64,000 nt of DNA from assembly GCA_963665755.1 (NCBI GenBank), contig OY762445.1, forward strand, positions 3,686,590 to 3,750,589. Reading direction: 5' to 3'. Made by a program: the position numbers and the translations under genes. This DNA comes from a bacterium. Lineage in GTDB: Bacteria > JAAXHH01. The notes beneath the pieces are model-generated. The model was not told the origin of the DNA. It saw nothing but the letters and a program-made list of their open reading frames with translations, and did not search any database. Shown piece by piece: positions 1 through 9,429 of the stretch (its first letter is position 1; each line of letters begins with the position of its first letter).

Positions 1-911
1 TGCCAGACCGGGGGCGTGGGGTCGCCCTTTTTGGATTCCCAGGCCAGGTTGGTCTGCGTCCTGCCCGCCACGAGTCCCCAGTTGTACCAACCGATCCGGT
101 TTTCCGCGAATACGGGCAGCATTTCCGCGAACGTGTTGCCGTGGTGCCGCCGCAGCCATTCCGTGCAGATCACGGGCCGGTCATAGGCATTGCACCTGGC
201 AAGGCTGGGCCCGATTTTGTCCGCCGCTTCGTAGTAGTGAAACGAAATGATGTCGGACAACTCGAACAGCAGCGCGGAAAGGTCGTCTTCGAAGGCGTTC
301 CATGTCCACGGCCCCGTAGTAAGCGGCTGCATGGGACCAACGGAACGCGCCCAGGCGAAGGCGTCCTCGACGAGCGGCTGGCTTCTCAGGTCGTCGTCCG
401 GTTCGTTGTACAGGTCCCATATCAGGACGCGCGGATCCGATCCGAAGCTGCCGACGATGTCCTTTACGTAGCGTTCGAGTTGCGGCCAGGCGTCCCGGTC
501 GGCAAGGCGTTCGAACCCCGGACTCGGCACCCACTGGCTGTTGTGCACGCCGGGCACCGGATCGTCCTGCGGTCCCAGATAGGGGTCGCGGCCCCCGAAG
601 AAGCAGTCGCAGAAGAGAATGACCATGGCGCTGATGCCGTGCCGCGACGCAATGGCCAGGAACCGGTCGAGCCGGTGCTTCAAACCCTCCGGATCGTCTT
701 CCCAGACCAGATACTGCACGAAGATCCGCACGCTGTTGTAACCCGCTCCGGCGGCCCATCCCAGCTCCTGGTCGATGGTTGCCGGGTCGAATGTGGGCGC
801 CTGCCACATCTCGGTCATGTTCACGGCCGTGCGCGGGAGGTAGTTGCAGCCACGGATGATGCCGGTTTCCCGGTACCATGCGTGGGCTCTTTCGGGGGTC
901 CATGTGTTCAT
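1..911 (-). CDS. Glycoside hydrolase, TIM-barrel (GH clan A/cellulase-like). Partial: the 3' end runs off the window start.
   Basis: Manual minus-strand translation from the ATG at 909-911 gives MNTWTPERAHAWYRETGIIRGCNYLPRTAVNMTEMWQAPTFDPATIDQELGWAAGAGYNSVRIFVQYLVWEDDPEGLKHRLDRFLAIASRHGISAMVILFCDCFFGGRDP. This resembles GH5-type barrels (motifs of the GxxRGxN and GYNxVRI kind). The frame has no stop inside the window, so it is absent from the ORF track. The listed ORFs 141..1010(+) and 181..903(-) are its frame shadows. Confidence 0.55.
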   Translation of the reverse strand, partial: MNTWTPERAHAWYRETGIIRGCNYLPRTAVNMTEMWQAPTFDPATIDQELGWAAGAGYNSVRIFVQYLVWEDDPEGLKHRLDRFLAIASRHGISAMVILFCDCFFGGRDPYLGPQDDPVPGVHNSQWVPSPGFERLADRDAWPQLERYVKDIVGSFGSDPRVLIWDLYNEPDDDLRSQPLVEDAFAWARSVGPMQPLTTGPWTWNAFEDDLSALLFELSDIISFHYYEAADKIGPSLARCNAYDRPVICTEWLRRHHGNTFAEMLPVFAENRIGWYNWGLVAGRTQTNLAWESKKGDPTPPVW

Positions 912-943
912 GCCATTCCTCTTCGTTTCAGCCCGGAATCGTT

Positions 944-1540
944 TCAGCCCGGTATATCCTTTAACGCGCCCAGAGTTTCCGCGATCCGCCGTAGCGCCAT
1001 GGCCCGGTGACTGATCCGGTTTTTCGTACTGGCGTCCAGTTCGGCGAACGTGCTATCATAGCCCGCGGGAACGAACAGTGGATCGTAGCCGAATCCGGAC
1101 TCGCCCCGGGGTTCCCGAAGTATCCGGCCCTCGCATACGCCGTCCGAGGTCCAGGTCCGTCCGTCCGGCGCCACGACCGCCATGACGCACCGGAACCGGG
1201 CGGTGCGGTCGGCGTCTGAGACGTCGGCGAGGGCGTCGAGCAAACGGCGCATGTTGTCCCCGTCGCTGGCTGTCGCCCCGGCGTACCGGGCCGAGTGCAC
1301 ACCAGGCGCCCCGCCCAGGGCGTCCACCTCCAGGCCCGAGTCGTCCGCCAGCGCGGTTTTACCCGTGAATCCCGCGACGGCACGCGCTTTGATGAGGGCG
1401 TTCTCCTCGAAGGTACGGCCCGATTCCTCCGGTTCGGGACAGCCGGGGAAAGACGCGGCAGTCGCGACCCGCACACCGGTCAGCAGCGCTTCGATTTCGG
1501 AGATCTTGCCCGGGTTGCGCGTGGCCAGGACGATGGTCAT
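944..1540 (-). CDS. rdgB: dITP/XTP pyrophosphatase (Ham1/RdgB family)
   Basis: 198 aa. N-terminal ATRNPGK motif and an FGYDPLF motif typical of the Ham1 family. Directly downstream of rph, the usual operon arrangement. Confidence 0.9.
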   Translation of the reverse strand: MTIVLATRNPGKISEIEALLTGVRVATAASFPGCPEPEESGRTFEENALIKARAVAGFTGKTALADDSGLEVDALGGAPGVHSARYAGATASDGDNMRRLLDALADVSDADRTARFRCVMAVVAPDGRTWTSDGVCEGRILREPRGESGFGYDPLFVPAGYDSTFAELDASTKNRISHRAMALRRIAETLGALKDIPG

Positions 1541-1549
1541 GGTCGTGCC

Positions 1550-2281
1550 CTAGCCCTGACCCAGCGCCTGTTTCTGCAGATCGATCAACTGGTTTACACC
1601 CTGTTTGCCGAGGTCGAGCATGGCCGACAGTTGTTCCGTGGAAAAGGGGTGGTGCTCGGCGGTGCCCTGGATTTCCACCAGGTCGCCTCCGCCCGTCATG
1701 ACGAGATTCATGTCGACGTCCGCCGTGGAGTCCTCGTCGTAGCAGAGATCGAGCATGGGGACGCCTCCGACGATGCCCACGCTGATGGCAGCAACCGCGT
1801 CCCGGATGGGGTCGCGGTCGATCAATCCACGCTCGGACAGCCAGGACACCGCGTCGCAAAGCGCCACGAAACTGCCAGTGATCGATGCGGTACGGGTTCC
1901 CCCATCGGCTTCGATAACGTCGCAATCAATGAGGATGGACCGTTCCCCCAGGCTGTTCAGTTCGCAAACAGCACGAAGAGACCGCCCGATAAGCCGTTGG
2001 ATTTCCTGCGTGCGGCCGGAGACGCCGCCGCGGCGGCCGTCCCGGGATACGCGCGTGTTCGTGCTTCGCGGCAGCATGCCGTATTCCGCGGTGACCCAGC
2101 CTTTGCCGCTCCCTTTCAAAAAGGGCGGTACGCTCTCGTCCACGCTCGCTGAACAGAGCACGGACGTGCCGCCCATGACGATCAGGGCGGAGCCTTCCGC
2201 GTGCCGGAGGTAATTGCGACGGATTTCGACAGGACGCAACCGGTCGGTCTCCCGGCCATCGATCCTTGACACAGGTGCCAC
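1550..2281 (-). CDS. rph: Ribonuclease PH
   Basis: 243 aa with DGRxxDxLR and [11 protein letters not shown] motifs; full-length RNase PH. Confidence 0.92.
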   Translation of the reverse strand: MAPVSRIDGRETDRLRPVEIRRNYLRHAEGSALIVMGGTSVLCSASVDESVPPFLKGSGKGWVTAEYGMLPRSTNTRVSRDGRRGGVSGRTQEIQRLIGRSLRAVCELNSLGERSILIDCDVIEADGGTRTASITGSFVALCDAVSWLSERGLIDRDPIRDAVAAISVGIVGGVPMLDLCYDEDSTADVDMNLVMTGGGDLVEIQGTAEHHPFSTEQLSAMLDLGKQGVNQLIDLQKQALGQG

Positions 2282-2338
2282 TGCTACATCCTTTGCTTTC
2301 GTGTGGGCGTGCGGACGGTAGAGGGAACGGAGAACGCG

Positions 2339-2800
2339 CTACATGCTCTCTTCCTCTTCCGCGATGAGTGCAAGGGCGTCGCGGGGATTTTCCGTTGCGA
2401 TCAGCCGTTTACGAAGGTTATCGTGCCTGAGCAGGCGGGAAATGTGGGCGAGCGCCCGGATATGGGGGCCGGACACGTTCAGGGGCGATACGAGCAGGAA
2501 GAAGAGGTAGACAGGCTGCTCGTCGAGGGACTGGAAATCCACGCCCTCCTTCTTGATCCCGAGCACCCCGACCAGCTTGTCGACGGCCTTGCATTTGCCG
2601 TGGGGGATGGCGACCCCCTTGCCGATCCCGGTGCTCATGATCTTCTCCCGTTCCAGGACGGCCTGGAGCACCTCCCGGTTGTCGCTGATCCTGCCGGACG
2701 CGGTCAGCGCCGCGGCCAGTTCCTCGATCACTTCCTGCTTCTGCGTGGCCTTAAGGTCTACCAGGATAGCGTTTTCATCCAACAATTCCGTCAAGCTCAT
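2339..2800 (-). CDS. ptsN: PTS EIIA-type nitrogen regulatory protein (PtsN/EIIA-Ntr-like)
   Basis: Fructose/mannitol-type EIIA domain with an AIPHGK phosphohistidine motif. Start chosen at the internal Met (MSLTELLDEN...), giving about 153 aa. Confidence 0.75.
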   Translation of the reverse strand: MSLTELLDENAILVDLKATQKQEVIEELAAALTASGRISDNREVLQAVLEREKIMSTGIGKGVAIPHGKCKAVDKLVGVLGIKKEGVDFQSLDEQPVYLFFLLVSPLNVSGPHIRALAHISRLLRHDNLRKRLIATENPRDALALIAEEEESM

Positions 2801-2999
2801 GCCATGCTCCTGTTTCCCCATCCTGCCTGAAAACGTATTCGCTTCAAAAACCTGTGTGATTCTATGTACCCGTCCTGGAATTGTCAACAACGATTTGGAT
2901 GGCCTCCCGGTCCGCCGGCCGGAGGTAAATGAAAAAGCCGCCTGACCAAGTCGTCAGACGGCTTCATGAATCCTGGCAGCCTTCAGCGGTAGCGTCCGA

Positions 3000-3542
3000 T
3001 CAGCCGCCGGCGCGTTCTGCGAAACTGTCTGCCGTCATGTGGGCGGATTCGAGCTGCATTTTAAGATCGTACCACTTCTCGTTCGCCTTCAGGTCATTGA
3101 GTTGCATGGTAAGAGAGTCGGCGAATGCCGAAGCTTCCTGGGCAAGCGTACGGGCTGCCCTTCCACGGCCCTGCTCGATGCTGCCCGAAATCTCACTCCA
3201 GCGTTCGAGGAAAGCCGGCAGGGCTTCGTCGACCTCACGTTTCGTCAACTCCTTCTGAACTACGGATTCCTGGCTGGCGGACTCCACGAGCGCCATGGTA
3301 TTTTCGGCAGCGGTTTTCGCGTCGCCGTACTCTTCGGCAGCCATGTGTGCCCTGGCCTTTTCGAGCTCGGCGGCCGCCATTTCGTATTCAGCCGGCGCGT
3401 ACTTGTCGACTTCGGCTTCCATCGCGTCGGATATGGCCAGTTCCGCTGCGTCCATGGCCTCGGTGGGTGGTCCCGCGCACGCAGCGGCCACGAACAGGCA
3501 TGCGACGGCGCTCAGACAGGTCAGAAAGGCCTGCTTGGACAT
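3000..3542 (-). CDS. Lipoprotein with a DUF4398-like alanine/glutamate-rich periplasmic domain
   Basis: Signal peptide with a lipobox (LFVAAAC), followed by a coiled, low-complexity Ala/Glu-rich region. Confidence 0.55.
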   Translation of the reverse strand: MSKQAFLTCLSAVACLFVAAACAGPPTEAMDAAELAISDAMEAEVDKYAPAEYEMAAAELEKARAHMAAEEYGDAKTAAENTMALVESASQESVVQKELTKREVDEALPAFLERWSEISGSIEQGRGRAARTLAQEASAFADSLTMQLNDLKANEKWYDLKMQLESAHMTADSFAERAGG

Positions 3543-3781
3543 GATTGAACCTCCTGTTCAAACCAGAAACGACGAATGTAAGATCGCATTATTCGATGCC
3601 GAATCGACCGGGAAAGACATTATCTCGACAGCATAACACAAATATAATAGACCGGTTCAAAGGGGTGTCCAGTAAAAAACGTGTCAGGCGCAAAAAACAT
3701 GGCCCGCGGCGGCGGTGCGACCGGAGCGGAAACGGCGCATGACCGCCCCGCACGGCCAGGTGTTCGGAGTGGTGATTCCCC

Positions 3782-3810
3782 TTGACATGCTGGTCTGTAA
3801 ACCTTAATGT
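3782..3810 (+). promoter_or_regulatory. Sigma70-like promoter for purC: TTGACA, 17-nt spacer, TAATGT
   Basis: Consensus -35 TTGACA at 3782-3787, 17-nt spacer, -10 TAATGT at 3805-3810. It lies about 85 nt upstream of the purC start inside a 350-bp AT-richer intergenic region. Confidence 0.5.
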
Positions 3811-3893
3811 GATGGGCTGAGCCGGGAGCGGTTTCGACTTTGTGACCGACCGATGCGCAGCCGTCCATTCACCGAAAGGACCATCGCGAAGCA

Positions 3894-4853
3894 ATGGTGT
3901 CTGAAGACGTCCTCAGGAGGCAGTTGGAATACGTTCTGCACGGTACCAGCTTCGACCTGGGCAGCAAATTCGAGGGCAAGGTCAGGGACAACTACAGTCT
4001 GGAAGGGAAGCGGATCATCGTGACCACCGATCGAATTTCCGCCTTCGACAGGGTGTTGTGCGCCCTTCCCTTCAAGGGCCAGGTCATCAACCAGACTGCG
4101 GCCTTCTGGTTCGAGCGGACCCGCCAGATAATCGAGAACCACCTGATCGACGTGCCGGATCCGAATGTACTTGTGGCCAGGGAGTGCCGGCTGATTCCCG
4201 TCGAGATGGTCGTCCGCGGCTACCTGACCGGCGTGACTACCACATCGGCGTGGTACCACTATAAACATGGGAATCGCAGTTTCTGCGGACACGCCCTGCC
4301 GGAGGGCATGAAGAAGAACCAGGCCTTCGACCAACCCATCATAACCCCTTCCACCAAGCCGGTACAGGGCGGCCATGACGAGTCCATCTCGGGGGAGGAG
4401 GTGCTTCGAAGAGGTCTCGTGGAAGAACCGGTGTATCGTGAAATGGAGCGAGCGGCCCTGGAACTGTTCGCATTCGGTACGGAAAAGGCCGCCGCCAATA
4501 ATCTCATCCTGGTGGATACCAAGTATGAGTTCGGTCTTTTTGAGGACCGGGTCATGCTGATCGACGAGATCCACACGCCAGACTCTTCCCGGTTCTGGGT
4601 AAAGAACACCTATCAGGATCTTTTCGAACGGGGCGAGGAGCCGGAAAAACTGGACAAGGAATTCGTCCGTGGATGGCTCGCGGACCGCGGTTTTCGTGGT
4701 GACGGTTCCATACCCCCTATCCCGGACGAGGTCAAAATTGAAGCTGCCCGCCGTTACATTAAGGCCTACGAGATGATAACCGCCAGAACCTTCGAAGCCC
4801 GAAACGAGGACGTGTTGCAGCGGATCACCCACCGGCTGCGGAACCCGAACTAG
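3894..4853 (+). CDS. purC: Phosphoribosylaminoimidazole-succinocarboxamide synthase (SAICAR synthetase), long form
   Basis: 319 aa, full-length similarity to PurC (SAICAR synthetase fold). Confidence 0.9.
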   Translation: MVSEDVLRRQLEYVLHGTSFDLGSKFEGKVRDNYSLEGKRIIVTTDRISAFDRVLCALPFKGQVINQTAAFWFERTRQIIENHLIDVPDPNVLVARECRLIPVEMVVRGYLTGVTTTSAWYHYKHGNRSFCGHALPEGMKKNQAFDQPIITPSTKPVQGGHDESISGEEVLRRGLVEEPVYREMERAALELFAFGTEKAAANNLILVDTKYEFGLFEDRVMLIDEIHTPDSSRFWVKNTYQDLFERGEEPEKLDKEFVRGWLADRGFRGDGSIPPIPDEVKIEAARRYIKAYEMITARTFEARNEDVLQRITHRLRNPN

Positions 4854-5066
4854 CAGACCACAGGACACGCTCGGAACGGATGCCATCGTCCGGGATCGTC
4901 CACCGGCTTTGGAACCCGAACTAGCTGACCACAGGATACGCTCGGAACGGATGCCATCGTCCGGGATCGTCCACCGGCTTTGGAACCCGAACTAGCTGAC
5001 CACAGGATACGCTCGGAACGGATGCCATCGTCCGGGATCGTCCACCGGCTTTGGAACCCGAACTAG
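4854..5066. repeat. Tandem direct repeat, 3 x 71 bp, copying the purC 3' end and its downstream sequence
   Basis: Units at 4854-4924, 4925-4995 and 4996-5066. Units 2 and 3 are identical; unit 1 differs at 2 positions. Each unit ends in CCACCGGCTTTGGAACCCGAACTAG, nearly identical to the last 25 nt of purC (CCACCGGCTGCGGAACCCGAACTAG). Confidence 0.9.
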
Positions 5067-5080
5067 CTGATCCCTCTCGT

Positions 5081-8000
5081 ATGCGCCTGTCAACCCTTCT
5101 TGAAATCTCGGAAAAGTCCCCCGTCGTAAAGCGTTACCTCGCGTTGGCCGCCGATACCGCCTGCTCCGCGCGGGTATCGGGGCTGGCGGGCTCTTCGCGC
5201 TCCCTTCTGCTCGCGCACGCGCATAACAAACGAAACGGTGCGACGCTGGTCATCGTGGAGGACACGGCCTCCGCCGAGGAGATGTTCGAGGATGTCTCCA
5301 GTCTACTGGATCCGGGGGACGTGGCGCTGTTCCCCCCCTGGGAGGTGCTGCCCTACGACCAGGTCTCTCCGCCGGGCGACCTGTCGGGACGGCGTCTCGG
5401 CGCGCTGCACGAACTGATGAAGAACAGGCCGCTGTTCGTCGTCGCCACGGTCAGGGCCGTCATGCAGCGCACCATGCCGCCGGCCGTGCTTGCCGGCTCC
5501 ATCCTTCACGTCGCCGCGGGCGCTACAATCTCGTTGAGCGATCTTACTGCGCGGTGCAACCGGCTCGGCTACGAGCGGACGGACATGGTCCAGGCGCCTG
5601 GCCACTTCAGCGTGCGGGGCGGTATCGTGGATGTTTTCCCTCACGGGATGGAACAGCCGTGCAGAATCGAGTTCTTCGGTGACGAAGTGGAATCGATTCG
5701 GCTGTTTGACATCTACACGCAGCGGTCGTCTCGGAACATCCCGGAACTGACGGTGCTCCCGAACAGGGAATTGATCGACGAGCCTGAAACGCGTGCCGAT
5801 GTGGTCAGACGGGTCAGGCAGGCGGCCGAATCGTTTTCGACCGACGCGTCCGAACTGGTCTCTCACATCGAGGACGGAGGTCTGTTCGAAGGCAGCGAAC
5901 GCTACCTTCCCTATTTTCATCCCTCCTCCGCCACCATCATGAATTACCTGCCGGACCACACGCTGATCGTCCGGTGCGAACCCGATGAATTGGAGCGCGA
6001 AGCGGAATCATTCGCGGAGGAATACGAAAACACCCACCATCGTCGAACAGAGGCGGGTGACCTGGTTCCCGTGCCGGAAGAAGCGATCCTGGGCTGGCAT
6101 GACATAAAGGAGGACTCGGCCTACTACGGCACGATGGAAATGGTGCGCGGCGCGCGCGCGTCCAAGGGCTGGCTCGCCGTCGGTACCGAGGCATCGGGCG
6201 TGTACCACGGGGCGATGGACGTCCTGAAGTCCCGGCTGGAGGAATGGAGTACGGACAACGCCCGGGTCGTGGTGGTTTGCGACAACGAAGGACAGGCGGA
6301 AAGACTGCGGGAGATCCTGGGTCCGGACGCCCCGGAGATCGAAATGGCCGTCGGACCGATGCACGCCGGGTTTGTACTTCCCGACTTGCCTCTCGTGGTA
6401 CTGACCGACGCGGAGATCTTCAATCGGTACCGCAGACGCCGTCGCAAGGTCTTCAAGGAAGGCGTGGTGATCGAGGATTTCACCAGCCTCAAAGAAGGGG
6501 ACTTCGTCGTCCACATCGACCACGGCATCGGCCGGTACGTAGGGTTGAAGCGAATCTCCGTGGACGACCGGGAACGGGACTGCCTGACCCTGATCTACGC
6601 CGCAGACGACCGGGTTTTCATCCCCATCGAGCAGTTGCACCGGGTTCAGAAGTACATCGGTTCAGATGGCGAGGTGCCCGCGTTGTCGAAACTGGGTGGG
6701 CGAGCCTGGGAACAGGCCAAGTCGCGCACCCGAAAGGCGGTCAGGGATATCGCCGAAGACCTGGTCAAGCTCTACGCGGCCCGGCAGGCCAGCCCGGGAC
6801 ACGCCTTCTCGGCCGACACTCCCTGGCAGACGGAAATGGAAGACTCCTTCATCTACGAGGATACCCCCGACCAGGAGTTGGCGACATCGGACGTGAAGTC
6901 GGACATGGAGAAATCGGTGCCCATGGACCGATTGATCTGCGGGGACGTGGGGTACGGGAAGACGGAAGTGGCGATTCGCGCCGCATTCAAGGCGGTGCTG
7001 GACGGGAAACAGGTCGCCGTGCTGGCCCCGACCACCATCCTGGCCCAGCAGCACCTGACCACCTTCTCCGAGCGGCTCGCGGACTACCCGGTAAACATAC
7101 GCATGCTGAGCCGCTTCGTTCCGGCGCAGGAACAGAAAACCGTTCTGTCCGGGCTCAGGAACGGCGACGTGGATGTCGTCATCGGCACGCACCGCCTCAT
7201 TTCCGCCGACATGGAATTTCATGACATGGGCCTGCTCGTCGTCGACGAAGAACAGCGGTTCGGCGTAGCCCACAAGGAGCGGCTCAAGCAGTTGAAGACC
7301 ACCGTGGACGTCATGACCATGACCGCCACGCCCATACCGCGGACGCTGCACATGTCGCTGGTTTCCGCCCGCGACATGTCTCTCATCACCACCCCGCCGA
7401 GGGACCGGTTGCCGGTGCACACCGAGGTGGTGCGTTTCAACGAGGATGTGATCTGCGAGGCGATCATGCGGGAGGTGGACCGGGGCGGCCAGGTCTTTTT
7501 CGTTCACAACCGGGTACAATCCATTGAGGCGGTCGCGGAATTCCTGCGTCGCCTCCTGCCCCAGGTATCTTTCGTCGTGGGCCATGGGCAGATGCAGGAG
7601 CGGGAACTGGAACAGGTGATGATCGACTTTCTGGATCAAAAGTACGATTGCCTCGTGTCCACGATGATCATCGAATCCGGACTGGATATTCCCAATGTGA
7701 ACACCATCCTGGTCAATCGCGCGGACCGGTTCGGACTTGCCCAGTTGTACCAGCTCCGGGGCCGCGTGGGGAGGTCGAATCACCGGGCCTACGCGTACCT
7801 GATGATCCCCGCCGCCGGAACGGTCACGCCCGACGCCCGCAAGCGGCTGGCCGTGATCTCCGAGTACACCGCGCTCGGATCGGGATTTCATATCGCCATG
7901 AGGGACCTCGAGATCCGTGGCGCGGGCAACCTGCTGGGCACGGAGCAGCACGGGTTCATATCCTCGATCGGGTTCGATCTATACTGCCGTCTGTTGAAGG

Positions 8001-8482
8001 AGGCGATGCAGGACCTCAAGGGCGAGACGCGCGAAGAGACCCACGAGGCCGAAATCGAGCTGCAGGTGAGCGCCTTCATTCCCGATGACTATATCGCCGA
8101 TCGAAAGCTCAAGGTCGGCTTCTACCAACGGCTTTCCCGGGTAGAAGAGGAAGGGGACGTCGTCTCGCTGCGGGAGGAGATGCAGGACCGGTTCGGTCGG
8201 CTTCCCGATCCGGTTCGCGTCCTTTTCGACCTGGTATCCATCCGGCAGATTGCGGCCCGGATCGGCTTGAAGCAGCTCAGCGTACGCGGTAATGAAATGG
8301 CCCTGACCTACAGGAACGGTCTCTACCCTTCGAGGGACAGGATCGCGAACGTGACGGACGATCCCGCACTGGACATCGAATTTCCCCACGGTGACGGGTT
8401 CCGGATCAGGGCGGGACTGACCGGAAAATCGGAAGCTGAACGGGTCGAAACAGCTAAAAACCTGTTGCTTAAACTGCTGTGA
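5081..8482 (+). CDS. mfd: Transcription-repair coupling factor
   Basis: About 1133 aa. UvrB-homology N-terminus, helicase Walker A (GDVGYGKTEVA) and DEEQRFGV motifs, and the TRCF C-terminal domain. Start moved to the ATG at 5081; the ORF track used an upstream TTG inside the repeat. Confidence 0.93.
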   Translation: MRLSTLLEISEKSPVVKRYLALAADTACSARVSGLAGSSRSLLLAHAHNKRNGATLVIVEDTASAEEMFEDVSSLLDPGDVALFPPWEVLPYDQVSPPGDLSGRRLGALHELMKNRPLFVVATVRAVMQRTMPPAVLAGSILHVAAGATISLSDLTARCNRLGYERTDMVQAPGHFSVRGGIVDVFPHGMEQPCRIEFFGDEVESIRLFDIYTQRSSRNIPELTVLPNRELIDEPETRADVVRRVRQAAESFSTDASELVSHIEDGGLFEGSERYLPYFHPSSATIMNYLPDHTLIVRCEPDELEREAESFAEEYENTHHRRTEAGDLVPVPEEAILGWHDIKEDSAYYGTMEMVRGARASKGWLAVGTEASGVYHGAMDVLKSRLEEWSTDNARVVVVCDNEGQAERLREILGPDAPEIEMAVGPMHAGFVLPDLPLVVLTDAEIFNRYRRRRRKVFKEGVVIEDFTSLKEGDFVVHIDHGIGRYVGLKRISVDDRERDCLTLIYAADDRVFIPIEQLHRVQKYIGSDGEVPALSKLGGRAWEQAKSRTRKAVRDIAEDLVKLYAARQASPGHAFSADTPWQTEMEDSFIYEDTPDQELATSDVKSDMEKSVPMDRLICGDVGYGKTEVAIRAAFKAVLDGKQVAVLAPTTILAQQHLTTFSERLADYPVNIRMLSRFVPAQEQKTVLSGLRNGDVDVVIGTHRLISADMEFHDMGLLVVDEEQRFGVAHKERLKQLKTTVDVMTMTATPIPRTLHMSLVSARDMSLITTPPRDRLPVHTEVVRFNEDVICEAIMREVDRGGQVFFVHNRVQSIEAVAEFLRRLLPQVSFVVGHGQMQERELEQVMIDFLDQKYDCLVSTMIIESGLDIPNVNTILVNRADRFGLAQLYQLRGRVGRSNHRAYAYLMIPAAGTVTPDARKRLAVISEYTALGSGFHIAMRDLEIRGAGNLLGTEQHGFISSIGFDLYCRLLKEAMQDLKGETREETHEAEIELQVSAFIPDDYIADRKLKVGFYQRLSRVEEEGDVVSLREEMQDRFGRLPDPVRVLFDLVSIRQIAARIGLKQLSVRGNEMALTYRNGLYPSRDRIANVTDDPALDIEFPHGDGFRIRAGLTGKSEAERVETAKNLLLKLL

Positions 8483-8545
8483 TTTGTTAATGATACCTGC
8501 CCGGATACTGAAATCGGATCCGCCCGCTAGAGAAGGAAGATCAGC

Positions 8546-9412
8546 ATGAAACCCGCGTTTTTTTACGCCGTTCTTCTGAATGCGGCTCTTCTCTTCACGC
8601 AGTGCCAGTTCCTTACGATCGCCGAAGACCCCGACACGGTTGTCGTGCGGGTGAACCAGTCCACGCTGACGGTCGATGAACTGGAAGCCGAACTGGATGA
8701 CGCGGCGCTGCCTGCCGCCACCCTGCAAATGAGAAGGGACTGGGTATCGGACTGGATCCGGACCGAACTGCTCTACCAGGAAGCCCTGCGGCGGGATTTC
8801 GATGGCGACGGGAAGACGCTCCGGGAATTGGACCGGATGCGCAGAGATCACCTGGCCAATGTCGTGCTGGAACACGTCATCACAGATTCGTCGATGGTGG
8901 TTACCGATGAAGAGGTGGCGGATTATTTCGAGGCCAACCGGAAGGAGTTCGTTTACCACGAACCGGAACTCAGGCTCTCGGTTATCGTACTACCTGACGA
9001 GGCCACGGCCCGACAGGTCCGCGGCCAGTTGTCGCGCCGCAGCAGTACCTTCGAGGAACTGGCGCGAACGCGATCCATACACCACTCCTCGACCGATGGC
9101 GGAGATCTGGGATTCTTTAAAAGGGCGGATATCAGCGACATTTCCGTGCAGGAAATCGTGTTTTCCCTCAGCGTCGGCCAGGTTTCCCGGCCGGTCCTTT
9201 CAGAGTCCGGCTCGTTCATCTTCAGGGTCGCGGAACGTCGCGCGGCGGGCGCTCTGCCGCCGTTGGATGAAGTCCGGGACGAGATCGTCAACAGGATGCT
9301 GCGGGACCGGCGCCGCGAACTGGTCAGACGGTTCGTGGATTCGCTGAGGCAATCGTCCGACGTGGAAATCTTCAATGGGAACCTGATGCGGTCGGAACCC
9401 GACGCGCAATAG
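8546..9412 (+). CDS. Periplasmic peptidyl-prolyl cis-trans isomerase, single parvulin domain (SurA/PrsA-like)
   Basis: Signal peptide, a SurA-N-like chaperone region, and a parvulin motif GGDLGFF. Confidence 0.75.
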   Translation: MKPAFFYAVLLNAALLFTQCQFLTIAEDPDTVVVRVNQSTLTVDELEAELDDAALPAATLQMRRDWVSDWIRTELLYQEALRRDFDGDGKTLRELDRMRRDHLANVVLEHVITDSSMVVTDEEVADYFEANRKEFVYHEPELRLSVIVLPDEATARQVRGQLSRRSSTFEELARTRSIHHSSTDGGDLGFFKRADISDISVQEIVFSLSVGQVSRPVLSESGSFIFRVAERRAAGALPPLDEVRDEIVNRMLRDRRRELVRRFVDSLRQSSDVEIFNGNLMRSEPDAQ

Positions 9413-9429
9413 ACAGGTAACGGAGGAAC

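Noticed and set aside
141-1010. 289-aa (+) ORF and 240-aa (-) ORF (181-903) over the first kilobase
   Set aside because: Both have skewed Arg/Val/Pro-rich, low-complexity composition. Hand translation of a third frame on the minus strand gives a coherent glycoside-hydrolase sequence starting at 911. The two listed ORFs are frame shadows of that gene.
3811-3893. ZTP (pfl) riboswitch call for the purC leader
   Set aside because: Only a partial resemblance (GCCGGGAGCG) to the 5' domain. The conserved 3' CCGCCUGGGCA pseudoknot element is not found. Kept only as a low-interest candidate finding.
6008-8959. Multiple 200-430-aa ORFs on both strands within mfd
   Set aside because: All overlap the 1133-aa mfd frame, which carries unmistakable TRCF helicase motifs.
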